Assembly (NCBI RefSeq): GCF_009914755.1
Contig: NC_060927.1
Reading direction: 5' to 3' (one strand)
DNA length: 64,000 nucleotides
Source of the DNA: the human T2T-CHM13v2.0 reference genome, Homo sapiens
Shown: in pieces, positions 1-12,343 of the stretch
Position numbering within the stretch: position 1 is the stretch's first letter
Layout: every line of letters starts with the position of its first letter
Made by a program: the position numbers and the translations under genes
The notes under the pieces: generated by a model
Database searches by the model: none
Told to the model about the DNA's origin: nothing
The model's input: only the letters and a program-made list of their open reading frames with translations

Positions 1-99
1 CATCTCTTGAACCCAGGAGGCAGAGGTTGCAGTGAGCCGAGATTGCGCCACTGCACCCCAGCTTGGGCAAAATAGGGAGATTCTTTCTCAAAAAAAAAA
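1..99 (+). mobile_element. Alu, 3' end of right arm with A tail
   Basis: gaacccaggaggcagaggttgcagtgagccgagattgcgccactgcac followed by an A-run. Confidence 0.95.
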
Positions 100-233
100 G
101 TGTTTAAGAATGTAAGTATGATTTTGTAGTTATAGTGATCCTCTCCACATCTTAAATGATGGCATACATTTCAGCATTGGGTGTGTGCTAATCTGAACGC
201 ATAAAGTAGATGGAGTGATTCCAGTATTTTAAA

Positions 234-462
234 GTAGTGACTCTTAACACTGGCTGCACATTTTAATTACCTGGAAAAATTTTAGAAAATGCTGATGGCT
301 GTGCCCCATTCCTAAGAATTTTGATATACTTGGTTTGGGGTGGGCAGACTGATTCAACTCTCATGAATGCCCACACAGTGATCATATGCTGTGGGTGGAC
401 ACTGGGATTTTTAAAGCTTCCCTCAGATTATTGGAATGTGCAACCAGGTTGAGAATCATTTT
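234..462. mobile_element. MER5-family hAT DNA transposon with about 50 nt of extra internal sequence
   Basis: ctggctgcacatt..acctgg..aaaatgctgatg and gattattggaatgtgcaaccaggttgagaatca match the MER5A/B consensus. Confidence 0.75.
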
Positions 463-467
463 TAAAG

Positions 468-1365
468 TTGATTTTCTATTGTAGTAAAATATACCTAACA
501 TATTTACAATTTTAACCATTGTAAAAAGTATAGTTCATTGGCATTAAGTACACTCAATTCATATTGTTGTGTAATCATTACTGCTATCCATCTCCAGAAC
601 ACTTTCACCTTCCCAAACTAAAACTCTGCACCTATTAAACAATAACATCCCATTCCCCCTTCCACCAAGCCCCTTTGTAACCACCACTCTACTTTCTGGC
701 TCTATAAATTTGACTATTGTAGGAACCTTGCAGAAGTGGAATGATACAATATTTGTTCTTTTGTGTCTGGCTTGTTTCACTTAGGAAAATATCTTCAAGG
801 TTCATCTATATGGTAGCATGTGTCAGCATTTCCTTTTATTTTTAAGGCTAAATAATATTGCACTGTATGTATGTTCCATATTTTATCTGGTCACCTATTG
901 ACGAATATTTGCGTTGTTTTTACCTTTTGGCTATTGTGAATAATTCTGCTATGGACACTGGTGTACAAACACTTTTTAAAGTCCCTGATTTCAGTTACTT
1001 TGGGTTTATGCCCAGAGGTGAAATTGGTGCATCACATCGCTATTTTATGTGTAATTTTTGAGACACCACTGTACCCTTCTACAGAGGCTGCCCCATTTTA
1101 CATTCCCACCAACATTGCACAAGGGTTAAAATTTTTTTAACATCCTTGCCAATACTACTTAGTATTATCTATTTTTTATGGTAATCATTTCAATGGATGT
1201 CAGGTAGTATTTCATTATGGTTTTGATTTGTAATTTCGTTAGTGATCTGTGATGTTAAATATTGTTTCATGTGCTTACTGGCCAATAAAAATTTCTCCAG
1301 AATTTTGGAGATATTTCTATTGTAGTCATTTGTCCATTTTTAAAATTTTTTTGTTGTTGTTTTTG
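468..1365 (-). mobile_element. Old L1M (L1MA/L1MB-like) 3' end
   Basis: ttcattggcattaagtacactca..ccatctccagaac..ttcatctatatggtagcatgtgtcag..ttacattcccaccaaca. Confidence 0.88.
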
Positions 1366-1666
1366 AATGAAAATTACTTTTAACAGTTCTTTAAATAAAT
1401 AATTTTCATTTTTTCTGACACCAAGGGTGGGGTGCTTTTCTGATAAAGTACAACATTTTCATGCTCCTTCATTATGGTACTTAACACAAGCTGGCTGGTA
1501 CTATGATTAATTGTCTTCACTTGAATAACTGGAGGGCAGGAAAAAGTCATCTTATGGGTTCATACCTGATAAATCTGAGGTCCTTGGGAAGACAGGCAGG
1601 GTGTCAGAGTCCAAGGGAAGAAATTAGAGGTGTATGGGTATTTCAGAAAAGCTCTCTGGTATTTTA

Positions 1667-2180
1667 GGTATCTTTCTCTGTGTAATGAACTACCCAAACA
1701 GTGGTTTAAAACAACGACCATTTATTTTCTCATGATTCTTTGGGTTGGCACAGGGGTTCTTTTGCTGGTCTTCCCTGGCTAACTCAGGAAGTTGCAGTCA
1801 TCTAGCAGCTGGGCTGAGGAGGAAGGTTCAAGATAGCCCCACCTATGGCCACATGTTGGGTCCTTGATGGCTATGTCTGAAGGCTGGGAGCATTCTCAGT
1901 CCCAGAATGATGGTCATTCATCATTCAGTAGTCTAGCCCCAGATTCTCTACATGATCTCTGGCTTCCAAGGTGATACAAACAGAAGCTTTAAAACTCTTA
2001 AGATCTAGGTCCAAAACTCAAATAGCACCAAAATTAAAGTAAGGCACAGAGCTAACTCAGCTTCTAATAGAGTGGAAGTATGTACAACCTCTTGATGAAA
2101 GGAGGGTACAGTCACATTTCTGAAAGGACATGGGAATGCCAGGGTTTGTTGCTGCCATTTTGGGACATAATCTACCACAC
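1667..2180 (-). mobile_element. MLT1-family MaLR LTR
   Basis: tgtgtaatgaactaccc..tttaaaacaacgaccatttattttctcatgattct through gccattttgg..aatctaccaca. Confidence 0.75.
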
Positions 2181-2205
2181 CACATGGTTCTGATGTCTCC
2201 CTAGA

Positions 2206-3297
2206 TATCAGGGGAACCAGCCCCCAGTATTTCAATGTAGGTCCTTTCTATTTTCCCTGAGTTTCGGCTGGTCTGAGAAATAAAGAGAAAGAGTACAAAG
2301 AGAGGACTTTTACAGCTGGGCCTCTGGGGATGACATCACATATAAGTCGGTCTGTGATGTCTGCCTGAGCTGCAAAACTAGCAGGTTTTTATTAAGGACT
2401 TTAAAAGGGGAGGGGGTTGTACAAACAGGAAGTAGGTCACAAAGATCACATGCTTTAGAGGGCAATAAAGATCACAAGGCAAAGGGCAAAGCAAAGATCA
2501 CAAGGCAAAGGGCAAAATTAGAATTACTGATGAGGGTCTATGTTCGGCTCTGCATGTATTGTCTTGATAAACGTCTTAAACAACAGAAAACAGGGTTCAA
2601 GAGCAGAGAACCTGTCTGACCTCAAATTTACCAGGGTGGGATCTTTTCCCTACCCTAATAAGCCTGAGGGTACTGCAGGAGACCAGGGAGTATTTTAGTC
2701 CTTATCTCAACTGCATAAGACAGACACTCCCAGAGCAGACGTTTATAGACCTCCCCCCAGGAATGCATTCCTTCCCCAGGGTATTAATTATTAATATTCC
2801 TTGCTGGGAAAAGAATTCAGTGATATCTCTCCTACTTGCATGTCTGTTTATAGACTCTGCAAGAAGAAAAATATGACTCTATTCTGCCTGACCCCACAGA
2901 CAGTCAGACCTTTGCTTGTCTTCCCTTGTTCCCTAAAATCACTGTTATTCTGTGCTTTTTCAAGGTGCACTGATTTCATATTGTTCAAACACACGTTTTA
3001 CAATCAATTTGTACAATAGTGGTCCTGAGGTGACGTACATTCTCAGCTTAGGAAGATAATAGGATTAAGAGATTAAAGACAGGCATAAGAGATTATAAGA
3101 GTATTATTTGGGAACTGATAAATGTCCATGAAATCTTCACAATTTACCTTCAGAGATTGCAGTAAAGACAAGTGTAAGAAATTATAATAGTATTAATTTT
3201 GGGAACTGATAAATGTCCATGAAATCTTCACAATTTATGTTCCTCTGCCATGGCTCCAGCCGGTCTCTTTGTTTGGAGTCCCTGACTCCCCGCAACA
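2206..3297 (-). mobile_element. MER11 solo LTR (HERV-K11/HML-8)
   Basis: The reverse complement begins TGTTGCGGGGAGTCAGGGACTCC..GCCATGGCAGAGGAACATAAATTGTGAAGATTTCATGGAC and ends GGCTGGTTCCCCTGATA. Flanked by ccctaga at 2199-2205 and 3298-3304. Confidence 0.95.
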
Positions 3298-3849
3298 CCC
3301 TAGAACCGTGACCACTCTGCTTTGAGAGTCACCAGCATGAAAGCTCAACTCTAAACACTGTTCTACTGCATTTATCTCCCTCTTCTGCAACAACTGTCCT
3401 GGTTCTGTGCCTGCTCTTTACAATCTATAAGGAACAGACCTATGCAAATTGGAACTTATTGTGGGAATGCATGGAACCATGGCAACAGATTTGTAAACTT
3501 TGTATCAGGGCTTTGGGGATAGAGATAGCTCCAAAGAACGCCAGTTTTTAAGTTGGCTGTCTGTAATATAATTTATAAGCATATTTTTCATGGAAGAAGA
3601 TAGGTAGATAGCTCCTGGACCAGAATTGGTAGAACATTCATTTTGAGTTGTTTTTACTGATTCACCCACAATCTTTCACTGATAGACTTGTGGCCCACAA
3701 AACACATTTATGAGACTGCTTCCTGGCTCAGGTGCAGATTGACTGAAAAACTGCACAAAGCAAACTTATTCACTCAAGGATTGCATTGCTTACCTTGACT
3801 TTATGACAAGCAGATCAGTGTGGATAAGGAGAAAGAACTCAAGATCATG

Positions 3850-3995
3850 TCCTATGTTTACTGCCAAGTTGTGGTGTGACCTTGGCAGGTTAGCTAAGGT
3901 ACCCTGGGCTTCAGCATCCTCATTTCAAAATTTTCAATACATCTCTCTGGGTTGTGAAAACCAAATAAAACAACTTATGTGACAGCTGGTAGTTG
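3850..3995 (+). mobile_element. MIR fragment
   Basis: gtgtgaccttggcaggtt..ctgggcttcagcatcctcatt core. Confidence 0.65.
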
Positions 3996-5569
3996 CATTA
4001 CATACTAGCACAAATATAGCAATTAGCATTCTGAGCAAGGAAACCAGGCATAAAAGTCCTGTTAATATATTATTGTACACTGAGCTCTGATACTGGCCTA
4101 TAATACCCAAAAGCAATTTCCAGGTGGATTTTATGTTTGCACTCGGCCTCTACTCACCCTTATTAAGTCATGGCTGAAATTTGCTGCTGTGGTTGCTCAA
4201 ACAAATCCAATTTGTTTGCACTGGTAAATACATAATTAAAAAGGAAATGAAAGAATGTAATTTGACTTACAAAATTTTATCTTAGAATTTGTCACAAGCA
4301 CATTGTACTGCTATATGTCTTGTGTTTGTGCCCAGTTTCTTTCTTAGATTGGTTAGTTTTTGAGGAGAGAAACTGATTCCTTATGATCTTTGGTTCTCCT
4401 GTGTTTGCACCAGCCTCTTCTTAAAATTTGGTGATGATTAAAATCAATAGCTTACTTCATAAAATGTGGCATCATTCTCCAAATGCCATGAAAATTTATG
4501 CTTGAGCTGGGTAAGGACATGTTGAGTGAGATGAGTGTATGTGAAACCTCCTGAGGCTACTTTCATTATCAAATTTGGAGTCTAATTACCAGTCTATTTA
4601 TGTTTAAAGTCCTGTATTTTTTCTGCATAATTCTAAAGTGTCGCTTTACTCACTAGTTTTTAAGGAAAGAAAATTGTGAGAAATTCAAAGCTTGTAAAGT
4701 TCCAGAGAAAATTACTCAAATTCTTCATGCCTGGGCTTGCATAATCATCTTGCTTTAGTAAGGAAAGACATATTATTGTAGCTTTTCTAATAAATAAATA
4801 AGTAAATAAATAAATGGACATGTGTGTACACATACATGTGTATGCATTATATGCCGTGGGGATGATGGAGAAATTCACTTGATTATGATTCTAAAATCTG
4901 TCCCAATTTTCTTTGAGGAAAGTGAGGAAAAAGGGGTGAGCAGGCATTAATATCAGAATGGAAAGAGCCATTTCTTAGTGAAAGGTCACTAGATTGTAGG
5001 TACAGGTTAGAATTATTCTTACTAGAACATACACTTTTTGTCCTCACTTCAGTTTTGTTTTTATTTAGGAAAAGCCATTGCTGTAGCTAAGACAATGACA
5101 TTAATCTTTCCTCCTGTTGTAGCTTCTTTGGATGAACTAGCTTAGAAATGACAATCTTTGGAGCCTATGACTAATCATGAGGTGTGGCAATTAGATTTTA
5201 TAGAAAGATGTTGTAAAGAATGAAATCAAAGATATGAAAACATAAAATTGTAAGGAGAATCCTATTACTATAGTAGGTTTCTTTATAAATCTGAGTACCT
5301 CACTTTTCCTGGTTTTAAACTTTATGAATATACCTGATTAGTGAAGGAACTGTGGATTTGTTTTTAGAGAAAAAACGTTGTGTTCAATTTTAAATATTAA
5401 AAAATGCTCATGATATAAAGTCAAGTTAATAGTAGGGGTTACTCTTGTGTAAGATAACAAGAGTACCTGGAAGAATTTATATCTTATTCCACCATTGCTG
5501 AGGTGAAAATCAAACTGGAACATCAGCAGTTTCTTCACGTATTAATGTGGTATAGTCAGCTTTGGTGTA

Positions 5570-5668
5570 AACGAAACTCTGCCATTTGCCAGCTGTCTGG
5601 TTTTGCAAGTCATTTAAATTTTCTGGGCCTCAATTTCCTCAGCTTTTTAAAAAAGGATAATAATTATC
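5570..5668 (+). mobile_element. MIR fragment
   Basis: ctctgccatttgccagctgt..gcaagtcatttaa..ctgggcctcaatttcctc. Confidence 0.65.
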
Positions 5669-6083
5669 TGCTATGGTTTGAATGTTTTCCCTCTCCAAAC
5701 CTCATGTGGAAACTTAATCCCCATGTAGCAGTATTGAGAGGTAGGATCTTTAAGAGGTGGTTGGGTCATGAGGGCTCTGGATTGGAATTGATTAATATAC
5801 ATTCATGGGTTAATGGATTAATGCATTATCATTGGAATGGGACTGGTGGCTTTATAAGAAAAGGAAGAGAGACTTGAGCTAGCACATTCAGCCCCCTTGC
5901 CATGTGATGCCCTGTGCCACCTCAGGACTCTGCAGAGTCCTCACAGCAAGCAGGTCCTCACCACATGTGGCCCCTTGACCTTGGACTTTCCAGCTTCTAG
6001 AACTGTAAGAAATGTATATTTTTCTTTATAAATTATCCAGTTTCAGATATTCTGTTATAAACAACGGAAAACAGACTAAGACA
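5669..6083 (+). mobile_element. MSTB-like MaLR solo LTR
   Basis: Starts tgctatggtttgaatgt, contains attcatgggttaatggattaatg, ends acagactaagaca. Confidence 0.9.
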
Positions 6084-6196
6084 CTATTCTATCCAAACTC
6101 AAGTGACATACTGACAGCATTTGTTCAAATCTTGGATTTGGGGACTCCTTGCTCTAGGTCCCATGTCTGTGAGGGGAAGTACTTGACTAGAATTAG

Positions 6197-6219
6197 AAAA
6201 AAAAAAAAAAAAAAAAAAA
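6197..6219 (+). repeat. Poly(A)23 with no attached element
   Basis: A pure A run with no recognisable Alu or L1 body upstream. Confidence 0.85.
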
Positions 6220-8499
6220 GCAAAAGAACTGTTTCTGTTAATGATGCAACATTTAAACCAGGAGAAACTTCTCCTAATCCACTTTATTCCTCAGGAGGTT
6301 GTCCAGACAGTAGCACTTCTCACACAGAACATTTGATTGTGGAATTTCCTTAAGGAAACCATTTCAAGGAGGAGAAAAAAATTAAGGGTTCTATTTTAGT
6401 CCTGCTGAATGCACATTAAAATTTGCCCTCTTTGATTTTGTCTGTATTCTGTACGTGACTTTACTTTCCTCAAAGCAAGAAATATAGGGAGATCAGAATC
6501 TTGCTTTATGAAACTTTAGAGTATTTAAGCTTTCTCTTTTGTATTGTGACTGCTTCAATAGCTGATAAGAATGCTTATTTCCAGAAAGACAAATAAATCT
6601 AACTCAAGAGATAAAAGGCGGATCTCTGATGGAAAATTGCCATTTGGTGGCTGAATTTTTCATTGATATAGCATAACTTATTTCAATCATTCACATTAGT
6701 GTAGTCTTTGAAATATCAAAATTTAATAATATCCCAAGAGATAATTTTTAGATACAATGTATGACTGGCAGAATGATTTATATGGTATATATAATTATAT
6801 AAACAAATGCTAATTTTTCTAAAATGAAAATTTTCAGCTATTCTAAGAAAATCTCTCTACCCCGACCATCACCCTCTTTCTTGGTCTTTTCCTATAATGG
6901 TATTTCTACAAACTTAATCAAGTTGCATCCATTTCCTGAACAGAAAGTAACAGACTAGTGCAAGTAACTGTATGACTGTAGTCCTTATTGCATCACATAT
7001 TGGCCTTAATTTACTTGCCTTTATCTCTCCTTAGGTTCCACCAAAAGTGTAGGCCTCATAGGGGCACAGAGTTTGGAATTTATAGGCTTGGGTTTATGTG
7101 GGAGGAACTAAAGGATGGCGTACCTTACAAAGATTACTATGCTTGGATCCAGTAGAACATCAAACCAAGCTGAATCCTTACTCACCTCTGGACATCATTT
7201 GATTATTTACTTAGGTACATGAAGTAGAAAGAATAGTTTATAATTTTTTTCCTCAGTATGATATTGGACTGACTCAGTAATTATTTTTTTCAGGATGTTT
7301 ACATAAGTCTTAAAATATATAAAATATAAATGTTTGAATAAAAAATCACAAGCATTCTCTTATTTAGATTGGGATAGTTTGAGGGATATTCATAATGATC
7401 TATCCAAACCTTTTCTAATAGATGATAAGAAAGGTGCTGAAAGAGCTGCAGTAACTTGCACAAGGGCATGAAGTTAGCCAGTGACAGTGCTGAAATTCAA
7501 ATCAGGAGGTCTGACTTCAGTGCTCTTCCCTATGAACCATTCCATCTTAGAGCTACGGTTTGAGTATTGTGGCATGAAAGTAGCTTCTTTTAATGGGAAA
7601 ATTCACGTTATTTGAGTCTGGAATGTAAATTATCTTGTGTCCTTGGAAAAAGATATTATTCTGGAGTTAAAGAAATACAACAAAAGCTTGACTCTGATTT
7701 TTTCTAAAAAAGTCAGTTCCATTATTCATTCATAATCTATCTAATAAGCCTCATTTACATTTCTAGCAGTTCCAGGTCTGTGCTAGGTCTTCAAGAGTCA
7801 AATAAGACATTGTTGAGGACTTCAAGGAGCTCATAATTTAGCACTAACTACCTTTCTCCCCACATTGAGGTGGAGGAAAAGATATGAAAACTTCTGATTT
7901 TGTTTGTTTCCTAATAAGTGAAAAGAACATTAGCTTTATGAGAAATTTAGTACACAGATCAAAGTAGTTTATGTAAATGATTTACAAATCAATGTACTTA
8001 CATTAGAGATGCAAATGCAAAAATTTTTACTAATGGGGATGTATAATCAAAAACATTCGATGACTATATAGTGAGAGAAATAGATTAGCCTATTGATTTT
8101 GAACATCTGTATGGAGAAACTATTTTTCTTCAACTGATTTTAATGTTATAAAGGATTGATTCTCAAAATGAGAGGAAAAAACTCTCAGCTTAGACTATGT
8201 CTTTTTTTTAATTTGAGAAAAGAGAGTATAGTTTGAAAAAAGTGGTATTTTGTCTGCTTGCTTTAATTCATTTTTGGAATGTGATACTTAAATCTGAATA
8301 TTGCTATGGGATGCATTTTGTAATCAACCATTAGAAGATTCATATCTTTGCTCTATTTTTTGGTTCCTGGTAATGCTGGTCAAGTTCTTTAAATTCATTT
8401 AACCTCAGCTTTTTTTATCTATAAAGTAGTGGTGTTGCCTAGAAAGGGCAAATTATTAGTGTTCTTCTCTTGAAATAAGACATCTTAAGAGTTAAAACC

Positions 8500-9150
8500 A
8501 TATCCTGATGTTAAACAATGGCTTCTAAGGATTAAAATTCCATAGGAACCTTTCAGTTCTCTATGACTGACTTTCACATTGCCTCAAGATATTAACTGTC
8601 ACTGTTGCCATCATGATAAAATCTTCATATATTTGTTCCATAAAGAAGTACCCAAAGTCAATGCCGCCATTGTGGTAAGATGTAAAATTCTATTATAGAT
8701 TTAAGAATGAGTTGAAAGATTGGTAAAGCAAGGAAGAGAAGGTAAGTCACAGCATGAAAATAAATTGATTGTACAACATCTTCACCTTCTCCATTGGGAT
8801 TTGAAATGTTCATATTTTTAAAGAGCTCTCTGACAAGCAGGGCTGAATGGCATGTCAGTTAACATATTTGATGATAAATTATTTAGTCAGGGCAAAGATG
8901 AGAAAGGCTCTTTAAAGACTCCCGGAACATAATAAATTGGTTAGATAAGTGTGGAACAAACCTAGCCAGTTGAGAAAAATAATAGCAGGTGAAATTTGAC
9001 GTAGGCAGGTGTGAAGTAGGGCACGTGGAAGAACATGATGTACATTTCTTAAACACACTGTATGTGTCTAATTGATTGTAAAACTCTTAGGCAAGTGAAA
9101 TAACAGATATGGTGGATCAATTAAAATAGCAGCTTGCCTGGTACATAAAA
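8500..9150 (+). mobile_element. Ancient CR1/L3-type LINE reverse-transcriptase fossil
   Basis: Collinear degenerate motifs NGF* (8517), VRCKILL*I (8675-8701), KNELKD (8703-8720), FDDKLF (8867-8884) and TNLAS*EK**QVKFDVGRCEVGHV (8956-9027). Compare CR1 RT QHGF, IRGKVLSWI, KNWLKD, FADDTKLF and TKLGDWATKWQMKFNVDKCKVMH. Confidence 0.78.
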
Positions 9151-9349
9151 CCTTTGACAGAGTGAAAGAGCATTTTCTTATTTAAAGCACTATCTTAAAT
9201 CTTAAAAAATATTATATTTATATTCTGTGTGGAATATAGTAAAGAAAAATGGAAAAATCCTTGGAAAATGGCAAGTGGAACTGGGGTAGGGGAGTGGGAA
9301 AGCACACAAATAAAATTTTTTGAATATCTAAACTGTGTCAGCCACTGAT

Positions 9350-10238
9350 TACCATAGTGAATTGCATTACTGGTCCTAATTTTTGCCATTTTCTGTATCC
9401 AAGCCCTTTGTTCTATGACTTTTTGGTTTCTCCTACTATAGGAGGATATATTTCCATGCTTTTTTAATATTCAGAGTGCCATGTCGCTTGCTTTAGCTAA
9501 CTAGATGTTAGCAGACATGATGTGAGCAGGTGCTTGAAATGGGCTTGTGCAGTTGGGCATGTTCTCTTGTGTTTCTGCAATTTGTGTGAGATCGTGCCTC
9601 AGCTAGCCAGTGGTCTGAGGAGGATGAATGCTCCTTGCAAAGCACTGAGGTTTTGCAGTTGTGGTGGTTAATTTTATGTGTCAGGTTGACTTGGCCACAG
9701 GGTGCCCCGATAGTTGGTCAAACATTCTGGGTGTGTCTGTGAGGGTGCTTTTGAATGAGATTAACATTTGATTCAGGAGTCTGAGTAAAGCAGATTTTCC
9801 TCCCTAATGTGGGTGACCCCCACCCAATCAGTTGAAGGCTTGAATAGAACAAAAAGGCTGACCCTCCTATGAGTAAGATAGGAACCCCCAACCCCACCCA
9901 CCTAAGTGCTTGAACTGAGACACTAGTGTTTTTAGGCCTTTGGACTTGAAGTGAAACGTGGGCTCTTTTGAGGTCTCAAGCCAACCAGGTCTTGAACAAG
10001 AACTTAGATCATTATGTATCTCCTGGGTTTTCAGCTTGTTGACTGCAAATTCTGGTACTTTTCAGTCTTTATAATTGTGTAAGCTAATCCTTTATTATTA
10101 AATCTCTGTCTCTGTTTCTCTCTCTACACACACACACACACACACACACACCCACACCCACACACCCTGTTGGTTCTGTTTCTCTGGAGAAACTAATACA
10201 GTACTTTTTTGTTACATAGCAATTTGCTAAAATAACAT
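9350..10238 (+). mobile_element. MLT1 (G/H-like) LTR interrupted by MLT2
   Basis: gccatgtcgcttgctttagc..gatgttagcagacatgatg. Its 3' end ttgttacatagcaat resumes after 10200. Confidence 0.7.
9660..10200 (+). mobile_element. MLT2 (ERVL) LTR containing a (CA)n tract at about 10126-10165
   Basis: Starts tgtggtggttaattttatgtgtca and ends ggttctgtttctctggagaaactaataca. Confidence 0.88.
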
Positions 10239-10269
10239 TGATTTGATATAGTTACAATATTTGTATGTT

Positions 10270-10470
10270 GTTATATCACTTAATTTTCACAATTATCCCC
10301 TGTGTTATTTTTCTCCTGTGACATTTTTTCCCCTCTTTAACAGATGCAAAAACTCAGATTCTAAGTAATTAAATGCCTAGTCTAAGGTTGTAGGGTGATA
10401 ACACAGGGTGGCACTAGGGTTTAAATCCTGCCCTGTCTAGTTCCAAAACCTGTGTTCTGTCCAAAATGCT
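10270..10470 (-). mobile_element. MIR
   Basis: aacagatgcaaaaactcagatt..gggtttaaatcc..tgtctagttccaaaacctgtg. Confidence 0.65.
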
Positions 10471-10496
10471 ACGTGCCTTCCCGAATGCATGAGAAA

Positions 10497-10858
10497 TTAC
10501 AGAGAGGAGATTAGAAAGTCAACTATGGTGCAATGGTTCCTTTTGAAGAATTGTTCTAAACTAGTTTTACTATCAAGCTGGATATCACTTGTTGGTGCTG
10601 CAGATGTGGGGCCAGTAGTCTAAGCTGATACAGTGATTGTTATAATTGGGTTAAAAAAATGTATAGATGCCTGAGCTACTTCCCATACAAATGTTATACA
10701 AGATAGATCTCTCCTTCGTCCCTATCACTATGTATTCTCTGTATCATAACATGGGTTACTTATGGTTTTATTATATTCAGGTGGCTCTGAGAGGGTTCTC
10801 ATTAGGAATGAATGTCTCAGGTCACTTGGTGTAACTCAAACAGCTTCTTTTCAAGCAG
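10497..10858 (-). pseudogene. CNBD1-like terminal exon remnant J (3' end uncertain)
   Basis: Acceptor tatttttctttcccag. Reads LLEKKLFELHQVT* (TGA at 10817-10819); removing one base gives QV-PETFIPNENPLR. AATAAA lies at about 10767-10772 on the minus strand. Confidence 0.62.
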
Positions 10859-11000
10859 CTGGGAAAGAAAAATACTAACCAATTACAGTGGAATCCTGGG
10901 ATCTCGTATTTGATGGATTATCCACTATATTTTACTCCAGCCTAATTATAGTTAATGTCAGCATAAATAAGAGTCTCATAGACACAACCAATTTACTTAC

Positions 11001-11052
11001 CTTTTCTTTATATTTTGGTGACATTTGACTTAAAAAATTAGTTTGCTTAATT
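11001..11052 (-). pseudogene. CNBD1-like exon remnant I (52 nt, open)
   Basis: Acceptor cttttttattcaatctag and donor AAG|gtaagt. Reads IKQTNFLSQMSPKYKEK, phase 2-0. Confidence 0.75.
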
Positions 11053-11266
11053 CTAGATTGAATAAAAAAGTGTATCATTTCCCCTGTTAGACTTCTCTTA
11101 TATTTGATATAGCTTTTGTTTTCAGGGGTTAAGGGATAAGATACTGCCAACATGTATTAAAACATTATATTAATACTGAAGTCTCAGTTCTAATGCTTAG
11201 TGATAGAGTTAGTTAATAGGGTAATCCTGTATTGTTGAAGCTCATGTTTTCTATCTTGACACTTAC

Positions 11267-11333
11267 GTTTTCTCCTCAAAGATTTTCTCCATGTCCAAAT
11301 GTATTTCCCTATCTTCTTTAAGTATACAGAAAC
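11267..11333 (-). pseudogene. CNBD1-like exon remnant H (67 nt, open)
   Basis: Acceptor cattctacctgtctccttccataaaag and donor AAC|gtaagt. Reads (C)FCILKEDREIHLDMEKIFEEK(T), phase 1-2. Confidence 0.75.
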
Positions 11334-11632
11334 CTTTTATGGAAGGAGACAGGTAGAATGTGCTTGATTCAACCAGGAATGTGAGAATAAATGTCTAAAT
11401 GTTTTTATCTGGAACTATGTAGACTTGAAATAGTTAATTCTTGCATTGTGCCTCATGAAGCTTTGTGAGTTGTGATTTTTTTAGTATGAGAACTTCTGAA
11501 ACAGACCTGGTTTTTAGAGATATTTATGTTTAAAAAGCCTTATTAAGGTTTAATAGCAACTTTTTTATTACCAATTTATTTTTGTATTTCCTTTTAACTG
11601 TTTTTATTTCTACTTATAAAAGTTACCTAGAC

Positions 11633-12343
11633 TCAATTTTCTGCATATGGCTAGCCAGTTCTCCCATTACTTATTAAATAGGGAATCCTTTCTCCCTTGC
11701 TTTTTTTTTTGTCAGGTTTGTTGAAGATCAGATGGTTGTAGGTGTGCAGTCTTATTTCTGAGTTCTCTATTCTGTTTCATTGATCTATATGTCTGTTCCT
11801 GTGCCAGTATCATGCTGTTTTGGTTACTGCAGCCTTCTAGTATTGTTTGAAGTTGGGTAGCATGATGTCTCTAGCTTTATTCTTTTTGCTTAGGATTGTC
11901 TTAGATATTTGGGCTCTTTTTTTGGTTCCATATGAATTTTAAAATAGTTTCTTTCTAATTCTTGGAAGAATATCAATGGTGGTTTAGTGGGAATAGCATT
12001 GAATCTATAAATTACTTTGGGCAGTATGGCTATTTTCACAATATTGATTCTTCTTATCCATGAGCATGGAATATTTTTCCATTTGTTTGTATCTTCTCTG
12101 ATTTCTTTGAGAACTGGTTTGTAGTTGTCCTTGAAGAGGTCTTCCATGTTCATTGTTAGATGTATTCCTAAGTATTTTATTCTTTTTTTAGCAGTTGTGA
12201 ATGGGAGTTCATTCACGATTTGGCTCTTTGCTTGCCTGTTGTTGGTGTAAAGGAATACTAGCAGATTTTGCAAATGAATTTTGTATCCTGAGACTTTGCT
12301 GAAGTTGCTTATCAGTTTCAGAAGCTTTTGGGCTGAGACAATG
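11633..12343 (-). mobile_element. Inverted 5' segment (ORF2) of an L1PA10-13-like insertion
   Basis: ORF 11890-12273 is L1 ORF2 ([18 protein letters not shown]). The segment ends at AGAAAATTGA, which is adjacent in the L1 consensus to the start of the plus-strand segment. Confidence 0.93.

Noticed and set aside
2460-3240. Internal direct repeats (aaagatcacaaggcaaagggcaaa twice; an ~80-bp repeat at 3074-3236)
   Set aside because: They are intrinsic to the MER11 LTR and are not a CRISPR-like or novel array.
7005-7220. Strong plus-strand acceptor at 7034 and minus-strand donor at 7185
   Set aside because: Neither has a convincing partner site or a coherent reading frame.
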